From Vicugna vicugna (Eukaryota): a stretch of DNA of 64,000 bases. The notes under the pieces are model-generated. The model was not told where the DNA came from, did not search any database, and was given only the letters and a program-made list of their open reading frames with translations. How positions within the stretch are numbered: the first letter of the stretch is position 1; each line of letters starts with the position of its first letter. Shown here piece by piece: positions 21,429-32,617 of the stretch. A program made the position numbers and the translations under genes. Location: assembly GCA_013265495.1 (NCBI GenBank), contig MU062288.1, forward strand, positions 744,001 to 808,000, in the 5' to 3' direction.

Positions 21429-24322
21429 GGGGGTGAGTGAGAAAGTTGGACACAGTGAAGCCACCGCAGCTTTTCTGCCTCCTTCAGGCCTTTGGTTCCT
21501 TCCTCTGCCTTAAGCCACGGCATTCTGGCATCTCAGAGCACTTTAGTCCAAGTCCACGTTTGGGTCAACCCTCCAAGTAAATATCGAGAACTATTTTCAG
21601 CTATTCGAGCTGACACAGAGAATCCAGAATCTCTAGGAAGCGCCCCAACTTGCTTAATTCAGCCTCGTCTAACAGTGTGTTCCTTCCTTCCTGGTTATGC
21701 CCTTTAGCACCCACTCCCACCCGTTCTTCCCTGCTTTCCACTGATATTAATTAGCAAATCTTGCAACTCAGTAAGTGTCTGAGGCTTCGCCTCCCAGGTC
21801 AGGCTTTAAACTTGCTCCCTGAGTCTGGCTGGGAGCCTGACACCAGCATTGTCCGAATAGAGAAATCAGGAGCCTGGAGGCAGTGAGAGAATGGTGATCC
21901 CCTGGTTAGGTCGTCACCCCAGGTGAGGGCTTCATATTAAGCCACAGGGGAGGAGGGTCTGCTTCTGCAGGTGAGGGAGCTTCATTAAGGCTGGAATCTG
22001 TTCAGACATGCTCCTTCCAATCCCCTCTCCCCAGAGTTGTCCTATTAACACACACACACGCACACACGCACACAGCAGTGTGAGGCTGGAAGTGGACAAT
22101 CTTTGATGTGATTCAGCAACCCAGGAAGGCAGAACACATCGGATTTCTAGTTGCATCAGCCTGTGGCTATAAGACATAAGAAATGTTCTTAGAACATCCA
22201 TAGACGTTCCTTGGTCCTCTGTGTCTTTAAAAACAAGAAAGGTATTAATCACTGAACTCATCTTATACTATTTTCATTAAGCTTTCTGGCAGAGTGAAAA
22301 ACAGCTCCTATTCTGTAGTAGGGTATCCTTATTTTCAAATACAACCGGATAAGATTACCATCCCCAAATGCCCCCATTTTCTTGGGAATTCTGAAACTAT
22401 TATTAGGGTAAAAGTGCAGTTGCAGAGAACAGACCGCACAGTAGCTGGTTTAAGAAAGAAAAGGCCCTTATCACAGGCTATTACACACGTCCCAGAATCA
22501 CTAGGAAAACCGCAGAAACAAACCCTGGGCTCTACGTCTAGGAACAACTTTAAATTACGCTGCTGTCTCTGGCAGCCCCAAGAGCTGTTGCTTCTGCCAC
22601 AGCCCGATTCCAGGGGGCGTCCGACCCAGGGATGAGAGCGGCCTGCACACGCTCTGGTCCCAGAACCACACTAGCGCAGCTAGGACCCAAACAGAGAGGA
22701 TACTCATTGCCCTTCTTGCATCCAAGCCCCAACCAAATGTTTCTGCTCAGCAGACTTCAATCACACCCGGAAAACCTAACTGCATGGGAGCTCTAGGAGA
22801 TGAAATCTTTAGCATTGCAGCCTCTGCCCTAGACAGGCAGGCGAAGACACCAATCCAGAGTGTTGGCTCAAGTCCCTTGAGGATTTCTAGATGAAGTACC
22901 ACCAAGAACCGTTAAGGGAAATGATGCAGCGCCAGTGGCTGCACGGGTGAGTTTGGGACTTGCCAGGAATTTCTTCTTGGCAAACAAACTGGGAGTCAGA
23001 GCAAGCCGAGAGGACGGAGGACCAGCTGTCTCACAAGCGCGGAAGGCAGTTCAGCCTCCGTGCCCATGTGACCTGGGTCAGAAATGTGAACTCTGAACTG
23101 CGTTCCATTGTTCCCTTCTTGTGCTGTGGAGTTTTCGAGTTCTCATCGGAGCTACTTCCATCATATTTTTTAAAGTTCTCCAATTTTATTTCAGAAAGAA
23201 AGAGAAAAAAATATTACTATATTCAAGATAGATAGCCAGAAAAATAGCAAGAGAGAAATGGGTCCTACCAGTGGGGGATTCCCTCTGACAAGCTTCTCGC
23301 TTTAAGAATTCTCAGTTTATGTTGAATTTGGCAAATGAGAGGGAAATATGAATTTGTTTTTATTTTGAAAGGTGGATCTATACAGTTAACTAAGTGAGAG
23401 CTAGCATGCTGTATGAATGCTGATTAATTACCCCTCTTATAAATAACAACAATTAAGATACTGTTGTAGCTGTGCTGGTTTGCATATGCAAATTCTGTTT
23501 TTCTCCACTACTAGAAACCCACTGATCACAGCTGCATGAAAAATGTCCGCTTTATGAAGTTTCCATCCGTCTTCACATGATGATGCTTCGTTATGCAGAA
23601 TTAAACAGCGTTTGCAGATGAAGAGATCTGACTTTCATTTATGACTGCCTTTAACTCCTAGAATTGCACAATTAATCCCTAAGAGGACACTTACAAAGAA
23701 TAACCATTTAACATGGAATCAAATAATAATACATTTAAACTGGGCTGCACTTGTGTGGGTGAGCCTGAGAATGTGTGTGCTGCTGGCAAACTGAACACCT
23801 GGGGCCTTTTGATTTCCAGAAGAGAAACAGTCCCTCAGGACCCGGAGCAGCTCCTGTTGGCAAGTTTGTTTTCTCTGCATCTTTTCCCACTTTTTCCCAT
23901 GAGCGTTTTTAAACTGTAACTGTTTTTCTACGCCGAAATCATCTAATTACCTCGGAAGTTTACTAACAAAGCCAGAGAAAGGCCAGTATTCCATCAGAGC
24001 CGAAACGGATTGTGTGAGCTGTTTTAACATCCCCCCTACTCCCGGCCACCAGAAACCAACCAGCTCGCTCTGTCCACTCACAGGCTCTTCTCAACTCACA
24101 CCAAGGCTTGTTTGCTATCATTTACTTGAATGTGTATTGGAGGTTTGCCAGCTTAAAAGAGAAGCTAGCTCTGAGCCTCCAAACCCAAACCGTGGTAAGA
24201 AACCATCTCCCTTTTTTCCCCCAGTTACTCGGTCTAGAAGCCAAATATGCTGTAAAAGTAAAGTGGGGCATTTGTAGAAATCCAATATGTGTAATCTCAG
24301 AATACATATAAACACATATATA

Positions 24323-24367
24323 TGTGTGTGTGTGTGTGTATGTATACACACACACACACACACACAC
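24323..24367. repeat. Compound (TG)n-(CA)n inverted microsatellite
   Basis: tgtgtgtgtgtgtgtgtatgta|tacacacacacacacacacaca read directly. Confidence 0.95.
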
Positions 24368-25269
24368 CCAACTTTTCTCTCAATTATGTGGGTCCAGCCT
24401 GAAACCCGCGTGGTTCCCCTGGGCCTTGAACATCAGGTGGTTGACACGCGATCTTCCAAGAGTTGCACAACTAGTGCGTGTGGCTGAGCACGTAACTCCG
24501 CCTCCCGTTTAAAGGCTTCCTTCTCCAGGAAGATGCTGTTGATTAACTTGTAATCTGTCAGCACGTTATCTTGTGTTTATTGCCTAAGGCACAGCTCCAG
24601 AGAGGAATTCTTCACGGAGCACCTTGTCGGTGGCCATTTAAAGTACAATTGTGCATCTTAACTTTTTTTTTTGGAGAATGGATGTTATTCTGAATAATCG
24701 ATTCTATTGTTCTTCTGCATCTCGCTTCACTTCTGTCTTTTGCAGACAGTATTTATCGAATGGATTTCTCCTGTGTAAGCAGGACATGAGCCGCATATGC
24801 TTGTGGTGTGCCATTGGGGGAAAAGAAATTTTCCTGAGACGAAGGGGAGTTGATACACATTGTAACTGACTCAATAAACTGATTCAAATATTGAAATATT
24901 GATTCTCATAAACTACTCAAGCGCATTCAGGTGTTTCATGTTCTCAGGTGGTTACCCTTTGGTGCCTCCCTGGAGAAGCACTGGGGGGCCTCCCAGGGCA
25001 CCAGCAGCTTCCATTGCAAACAGCATCCATGTCCAGGGCAAGAACCCCTTCCCTGGTCTGGCTTCCTTGCCTGGGCTTGCAAGGAGGGCCGTGTTTCTCC
25101 ATCCTCCCAGAGTAAGAACTGACTCCAGTGAAAACCCACCTAGGAAATCCACACCTTTTGTAAAAGCATCAGAGGAGCCAGCCACGTTTGGTGCTTTTCC
25201 TACAGGCACAAGCAAACACTCGCTCCCACACTGTTTTTGATCATCTATTCCGGGGAGGGGCACAGTGAT

Positions 25270-25860
25270 TCAGTTCACGCGCCATCTCCAGTGAATGCAC
25301 AACAGACCCCTGGGGCACTGCGTGGAGCAGGTTGTGAGGTCCTATGTGAGCTTAACTGGGAAAGAACGTGTGTCGGGCACCGTTTTGCCTCGTCTCACAT
25401 CCTCTGCTCTTGCCAATGCTGCAGCGACCACCTGCGCACAGGTGAGGGCTGACAGCACCTCACTTCAGCTGCCCTGAGCGTCTTTTGCCTTTTGTCCGGG
25501 CACGCTTTTGCCTCTTCCGTGAGGGATGTCTGCAGGGACCGCGCCAGTGGGCAGATGGCTGGGACAACCCCTGACCGTGGGGTGGGAGCCAGTGGCTTAG
25601 CGCTCCATTTCTGCCTTGGACAGGCAACTCTGAGGAACACTGAACACCATTCCTCAAGTGGTCCCTGGGGCTGAGCCCCAGTTGCCCACAGCAGTAACCG
25701 CCTCTGTGACGCAGCCACGGGCTGGCTTTCCCACCTTCCCTCTCACGCTCTCTTCACCTCCCCATTCCTATCCTCTGAAACCCCTTCTCGAAGTTAGTTA
25801 TTCCCATAAGAATTCTTATTCCTAGTTCTGCCTTGGTGGGGGGTGGAATCCAAGGTGAGA
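25270..25860 (+). mobile_element. LTR16-like ERVL solo LTR
   Basis: 'ccctggggctgagccccagttgcccacagcagtaacc...ggctttcccaccttccctctc' matches the LTR16 3' half. Confidence 0.65.
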
Positions 25861-28052
25861 AAAAAACGCCATGCTCTATTATTGGGGCTATCCGGGAGTG
25901 AAGGGTTCACGGGGAGTTAAGCGCTAAGCCACATGGTTGCCGCACCTTGTCTCTTCCATCCTTTGTAGTGATTTAAACACTGAGCAGTAACACAGCAACG
26001 CTATGATGACGGTTCAGCTGAAAGCTGTTGTCATCATGTGAGGTTTGGAAGCAGCTATGTGTTTTACCCTCAGGTTCGAGCTTTGGTTCATTATCTTTAA
26101 AAGTCAAGACAAATTGCTCACTCTCATCTTCATCAATAATAACCTTGTCTGGCTGTGTCTTCTAGGTGTGCACATTTTCAAAATGCGATCTAAGTCTTGG
26201 GGAGGATCAAGTAGGGGCGGAAAAAAACACCTGCTTGCAGGACTAAAATGTAAATGATAAAAGATAAGGGCAAACGTTAAAATAATAATACGCAATAGTA
26301 TCTTTTAAGAACTAAATAAATGGCACAAAGGAAAGATCAGTAGCTTTAGAGTGACTCCTCAGGGGAGCAGGGGAGCGTGAGTTGGATGCAGCAAGGTCTG
26401 AACAGGCAGAGTTGCAGGCAGGGAATTCCAGGCTGAGGACTGGTCTGAGCCTAAGTCTGGGCTCAGCTTGCAGCATGGGGTTGTGCGTGGCGTGGTCAAG
26501 AAATGACAGATCAGCTGGTTTAGGGGAGAGGACATTTACGGAAACAGAGGGAGAAATCTGAGGGACTAGAGGTTCAGAATAAGAAACCTGGATGTTTATT
26601 CCACCAGCAGTAGGGTCTTCCTGACCATCGATTCAAGCTGCTACCAGTCACACTTGACCCCTTCAGACCAGGAGCACTAAGAAAGGTCACACAGTGGATC
26701 ACAAGCAAGGAGACCTCAGTCAGCCCTGGAACCACACGACTGCTCCCCCTAGATCTTGGGAAGAGTAAGAAGTGAATGTGGGAGTTTTGAGTAATGCTTA
26801 AATACAGGGGAGGCAAGAGGCAAGACCCTCCTTATGATCTAAGCCTGAACCTTCCACCCTCCAAACCTGGGGGTTTTTGGAACAAAGTCATTGATTTTTA
26901 TAGAAATCATTGCCTCTAGGTTCTAAGACTTAGAAGATGCTTCTAAGATGTTCACAAAGCATTAGAAGCTTAACCCCCTAATACAGCCAAAGCCTTTCGA
27001 TGATAAAATGATTAGGCAGTCAGGGTGGGGCAGGAGAAAAGCCTCAGAATCTGGAGTGGGAAGATGGACTCGGCTGCCTCTTTTAAAACTAATTTTATTT
27101 CACTTTCTTTTTATCTTGTATTTTTCATTCTCCTGAAAAAGTTCATTCACTCAACAAATATTCTTTGAATGCTTAACATGGAAGGCTATCAGAACACAGG
27201 CTTGGTGTCAGAGTTGCATCCAAATTCATCTTCTGATGTAATTGGGGCAGATTACATCTACTTTCTGGCCCTCAATTTCTCTTTATGTACAATGGGAGAA
27301 ATGACATCCACCTCATAGTCTATTATAATAATTATGTCTATAAAATACCTAAAGTAAGTGACCAATTAAAGGAAGCTTAAATTTTTTAAACTTTTATTTT
27401 CCATATAATCCAAAAAATACTGGAAGATGAGTGTTGGGTGATGGGTGTCAGTGAATCTCCTGGCTATAATTTCAGCAGTTGTGACAGACTCTTGTCTCAA
27501 GGAGGGACGTTGGTTAGAATTTAAATGTCTCCATTAAATCTCTAGATTTCTGTAGGGCCCAGAAATTCTAACTCACTTTTCATCTAGGGGTGGCCACGTC
27601 AGGCTCCATGGACTGAGCTTTGCTGCTTCCCCTCTGACTCGAGAAGAAAAACTGAAAGTTGTTTCATGTGATCCGTGCAAATCGCTTGGGACACCTGCTC
27701 TCTATTTTCTCATTTAAAAAGTCTTTCAGACAATCTTGAAATATGCAGTAGCTTTTTTCTTGTTCTTTCCATTCTTCAAGATTCAGTTATTTAAACTTTT
27801 AGTAAATGAGCATTATAATTCTGTTACATTAGCAACTCAGCCTAAAATTTTCTACAACTGATCATTGGCAAAAAGCATTTTAATACCTAATTCATTTTCC
27901 TTCGGCTGAGACAATAAAATGGATAAAAAGTTCCAGAAATTCGCAAAGTCCCCGATACTCACTAATAAGTCTGTTATCTTTGGTGGTACTATGGTGATGT
28001 TTCTATTGACTGAAAAGCTTCGCGCGTGTTGGGAACATTAGCAGGTGTATTT

Positions 28053-28116
28053 CTTTTTCTTTTTCTTTTTCTTTTTATTGAATTATAGTCAGTTTACAAT
28101 GTGTCAATTTCTGTAC
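28053..28116 (-). mobile_element. Extremely 5'-truncated young L1 (about 40 nt of 3'UTR plus tail) with 11-bp TSD
   Basis: T-rich tail plus 'attgaattatagtcagtttacaatgtgtcaatttctg'; flanked by caggtgtattt at 28042-28052 and 28117-28127. Confidence 0.85.
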
Positions 28117-28883
28117 CAGGTGTATTTTTTTACTTATAGAAAAATAACAACAAAAAAAGCACACCAGAAAGATGATAGCCTTAGTTTCAAGAGCAATTTT
28201 TGTCTGGAAATGGAAGAAAATCTACCACATTTACCCATAGCTGACAAGTCCCCATCAGCTAGAAAGCACGGCAAAGGAACATGCAAAATGCGGTTTCTGT
28301 CAGCAGCTTGAGGCATCCAACAACAAGATTTGGACCTCATAGTGTCTCCTTCCAAGGATGCTGCGCAAGCAGGTCTTTTCGTCACAAAAGGCAAAAGCAG
28401 TCACTGTTCAAAGCAACTTGCTGCAAATACCAGCAACACTGTGAATTTCTCCGCAAGCCCATCCGCTGGGGTGGGCGGGGATTTAGCAACCAGAGCAGCA
28501 CAGCAGGCGACTCTGCCGAGAGCTCCTTTCCGCAGGATGGGCTCTGGATGCGGATGCAACCAGACCACGCGGGCTGCCCCACTGAGTGTGCGGCTCCTTC
28601 CCCACGTGCAATGCCCCCTGGGCCTGAGCGTCCCCCGTGCCCCACCTCCCATCTGCTAGTCATTTCGGAGAGGATGTCTCCACGGTTCCCAGGCGCATTG
28701 CCAACTTGCCCAGCCTCCTGTCATTCTCAGGCTGTGACCTCCTCCTGGAATGACTTGTGTTTATGCCTCCCCTTGGAGGAAGCAGACGCATTCTTCCAGA
28801 TCTCTCTCACATTATCTCCCCTCCGAAGGCTTTCGAGACACCTTGCCTCCCAGAGGCACGTTCCAGACCAGTCGTTTACCTTG

Positions 28884-29262
28884 TGTTATAGGCTTGGGTG
28901 CCCCCCTCTCCATGATTCATGTGTTGAAGTCCTAACACCCCAGTGTCTCAGAATGTGATTGTATTTGGAGACAGGGTCTTTAAAGAGGTAACTAAGATTC
29001 AGTAGGTCACTCGGGTGAGCTCAAGTCTCATGAGACTGGTGTGCTCATAAGCGGAAGAGATTAGGATACCAGACATGCACAGAGGGACGACCATGTGAAG
29101 ACACGGGGAGGAAGTGGCCATGTACGAGCCAGGGAGAGAAGCCAGCCCCGCCGACACCATGATCTTGGACTTTCAGCCTCCAGAACTGTGACAAGTAGAT
29201 TTCTGTTGTTGAAGCTACCTCATGTGTGGCTTTGTTATGGCAGCACCAGCAGAACGAATACA
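28884..29262 (+). mobile_element. MLT1A/B-like solo LTR
   Basis: 'catgtgttgaagtcctaacacccc...gaatgtgattgtatttggagacagggtctttaaagaggta...tttgttatggcagc..aataca'. Confidence 0.85.
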
Positions 29263-29884
29263 CCTTTCTAGCACCTCCCACCAAAATATAAGTCCCCCAG
29301 ATCACAGACTGAGCCTCATTTCCACAATATATACTCAGTAAATGCTTACTGAATGAACAAAGCTGGAGATGAGGAAAGGACTGGGCAATGGATTTAGTGA
29401 AGTAGTGAAGAGTTAAAAATGATGACAGAAATGTTGCCCCACCCTCTTCTAATCAAAATGTTTAGAAATAGTCTCATTGTTTGCTAATTGCAAAGCTGAT
29501 TTTTTTAAAGGCAAACATTTCAAGACAAATAAAGAAGTGTCTGCTCCACGTGGCAGCTCTTCCTCTGCTACCCAGCATTCCCCAGAGCAGAGACCAAACA
29601 GAGACCGCTAGCACCCAAACAGCAGACGTCAGCAAGCAGTCCTGTCAGTCTGAAAGGTGAGCTGAAGTTAGCTGCACTTGCCTTGAAAAGTATGTCCATC
29701 TCACACTCTGGAAATACCAGCCCTCTAGTTGGATTAGGGGACCCAGAAACAAGGGCCTGAAATCCTCTTTGTTCTCTGACGGGCTTCTTCTGGCTTCCAT
29801 TCAATAAAGAATTTGCTCTTTCTTTTTATTTGTAAGCATATTAAATACTTCTTACGACATGAAAGAACTAATTAAATCCAGTTT

Positions 29885-30030
29885 TTCAAGAGCTGGTGTA
29901 TAGCAACATAACTGTAGTTAACAATATGGTATCGTATACACAGACCAAACCGTCATATTGCATACCTTCAGCACACACAATTTTTAATTGTCTACTACAC
30001 CTCAGTAAATTGGGGGGGAAAGAAAAGACA
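29885..30030 (+). mobile_element. Old L1 3' terminus
   Basis: 'actgtagttaacaatatggtatcgtatac...acaatttttaattgtc..tacacctcagtaaattgggggg' matches L1MB/MC-type ends. Confidence 0.65.
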
Positions 30031-30084
30031 TAAATTAAAAAGCATTTGCTCTTTGTTTTTATTTGTACAGGACTCACTACTTCT

Positions 30085-30797
30085 TTCTTTAAAGTATAGT
30101 TAGTTACAATATGCCACTTCCTGCTATATAGCATAATGTCCCAGACATAAATATATATATATACACACACACATATATTCATTTTCATGTTATTTTTCAT
30201 TAAAGGCTATTGCAAGATATTGAATATAGTTCCCTGTGCTAGACAGAAGTTTGTTTTTTAATCTATTTTTATATATAGTGATTAATATTTGCAAATCTCT
30301 AACTCCCCAATTTCCCACCCACTGTCCACTGGTAACCATAAGATTGCTTACTACATCTGCAAGTCTGTTTCTGTTTTGTAGATGAGTTCATTANNNNNNN
30401 NNNNNNNNNNNNNNNNNNNNNNNNNNNNNNNNNNNNNNNNNNNNNNNNNNNNNNNNNNNNNNNNNNNNNNNNNNNNNNNNNNNNNNNNNNNNNNNNNNNN
30501 NNNNNNNNNNNNNNNNNNNNNNNNNNNNNNNNNNNNNNNNNNNNNNNNNNNNNNNNNNNNNNNNNNNNNNNNNNNNNNNNNNNNNNNNNNNNNNNNNNNN
30601 NNNNNNNNNNNNNNNNNNNNNNNNNNNNNNNNNNNNNNNNNNNNNNNNNNNNNNNNNNNNNNNNNNNNNTTTTTAATTAGTTTTCATCTTTTCCAGATAT
30701 ATGCCCAGGAGTGGGATTGCTGGATCACGTGGTAGGTCTATTTTTAGTTTTCTCAGGAAACTCCATACTGTTTTCCATAATGGCTGCACCAAATTCA
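30085..30797 (-). mobile_element. Young lineage-specific L1 3' end, partly N-masked
   Basis: Antisense 3'UTR 'aagtatagttagttacaatatgcc...gcaagatattgaatatagttccctgtgct'; ORF2-end motifs after the N run. Confidence 0.85.
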
Positions 30798-30909
30798 CTA
30801 CTTCTTGTGATAAGTAAGGGTTTACTAAATCTATGTCCATTCACTTCTTTATCATAAATGTATGAGTGAATGTGTTTCATACACGTGTAAATGTATTGTG
30901 ATTAGCTAC

Positions 30910-31450
30910 CTTTAATTAATTCATCTATGTAGCAAATATCGTTTCAGTGACTTCTGTGTGCCAGGTTGTTGGGGAAATGATAGGAAACAATACAGAAAAA
31001 AAAGTCCCTGCTGGCAAGGAGCTCATGCTCCAGAGAGATAAAATTAACTGGGAGGGGGACTAGGGACATAGAGGGAACACTGGTATGGATGGATGGGTGT
31101 GGGGGCTCTTAGGGGCTGCAATTTTTAAGTAGCGTGATCAGGGAAATACTCACTGAGAAACTGATGCTGGAGCCAAGACCCAGAGGAGGTCTTGTGCAAA
31201 TGTCCTGGCTGAGGCTTGTCTGACATGCCAGGGAGCATGACAAGGCCGGTGTGGCTGGCGCTGAGTGAGGAAGATGACTCATAGAGGTGCCCTGGGAGTG
31301 GGGCCGGGGCGGATGTCAGAGAAGGGAGCCCCTGGGGGGCAGGGGCAGAGGAGTGCTGCATGTGATGTGGGTGTTTACGGGGTCCTTCTGGTCGCCTTGC
31401 AGAGGACAGGCTGCAGGGGAGGGTCTCCCCAAGGCTGTCCTGCGATGACG
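30910..31450 (-). mobile_element. L2 3' fragment
   Basis: 'ttcatctatgtagcaaatatcgtttcagtgacttctgtgtgccagg...gtccctgctggcaaggagctcatg' is antisense L2. Confidence 0.65.
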
Positions 31451-32471
31451 AGGGTGTAGGCTTCACCATACGCACCTGTGCCTGTGGATTAACGCGCACA
31501 CGCCGATAACATCTCCCCCTGCGGCAGATAAGAGCCTGCAGGCGCAGAGCCGCTCACTCTGCCTCTCCTTCTTCTACGTGTGCTGCTGTTCCCTCCCAGA
31601 CTGAACCCACATGTGACAAGCACTTGTGTCAGTTCCTCTTGACACAAGAAAGAGCTTTACTTACCATGTTCTTATTCGATTGTGATTGGTAGGCAGCAGA
31701 GGGAAAAAATTAACCTACTGTGTGCTTTTCCCTCCTCGTATGCACCTCCCTCCGGCAGTCTCAGCAGATGGCTTCTCCAACCCATGCTTGAGATTTAGTC
31801 AAGAGTGGTTTTCCCTTCACTGCTAGTAACTCAACCATCTGAAAAGAGGATTTCCAAGGTCAAAAATGACAGTGTCTTAGGAAAGTAGAATTTACATAAA
31901 ACTTACTTGCATCTCTAATAGTGTTTGATGGGCACGTTTCAGAAAATTCAAAAAGAGGTTTTGTTTTTTGTTTTTTGTTTTTTTGGTTTGTTGTTTGCAC
32001 TCCCTTCTGATTCGCTGTGAAATTCAGACACAGGCTCACATCGTAAGCTTAGCTGGTGTTCGTTTACACATATTCCCGAAGGATTCATTAATTTCAGTCA
32101 TAGAGTAAACTCAGCTGATCACAGTGGAAGACAGAACCCGCACTGAAAATAACATTGAAGATGAAATGCTGGAGGAAGAGCTGCATTGAGCAGCCAGCTC
32201 ACTTCAAGGTGGGCTCTGATAAGGGGCACTTAGAGCACTTGAGAAATGGGAAGGGTTACCTGGGAAGATATTTCCCCCAAGTTTCCCAGAATTTGAATTA
32301 AAAGAGAAGAGAGGCTGCTTGAACACATATTGGAGGATTCAAAATGTTTTGAGACACTGTCACCACCGCAGTTGTGTGTCTGCAACGCCGTTCTGGTCGT
32401 GACAACAGGTGCAGTCAGGCTCTATTTTCCAAAAGCTTTTGAATCTTGCAACAATTAACAGTGTTCATCTC

Positions 32472-32617
32472 TATTCAATATCTTGTAATAACCTCTAATG
32501 AAAAAGAATATGAAAATGGGTATATATATATCTATCTATGCATGACTGGGACACTGTGCTGCACACCAGAAATCGACACATTGTAACTGACCGTACTTCA
32601 ATTAAAAAAAAAATAAC
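32472..32617 (+). mobile_element. 5'-truncated young L1 (146 bp) with 15-bp TSD
   Basis: 3'UTR ends 'gacacattgtaactgaccgtacttcaattaaaaaaaaaa'; TSD aacagtgttcatctc (32457-32471) / aatagtgttcttctc (32618-32632), 2 mismatches. Confidence 0.85.

Noticed and set aside
26921-26947. Alternating inverted copies of TTCTAAG
   Set aside because: Short AT-rich motif; spacing does not fit a heat-shock element; plausible by chance.
28281-28958. 225-aa ORF, the longest outside the island
   Set aside because: No recognisable motif, overlapping ORFs of similar quality on both strands, and it runs into an MLT1 LTR.
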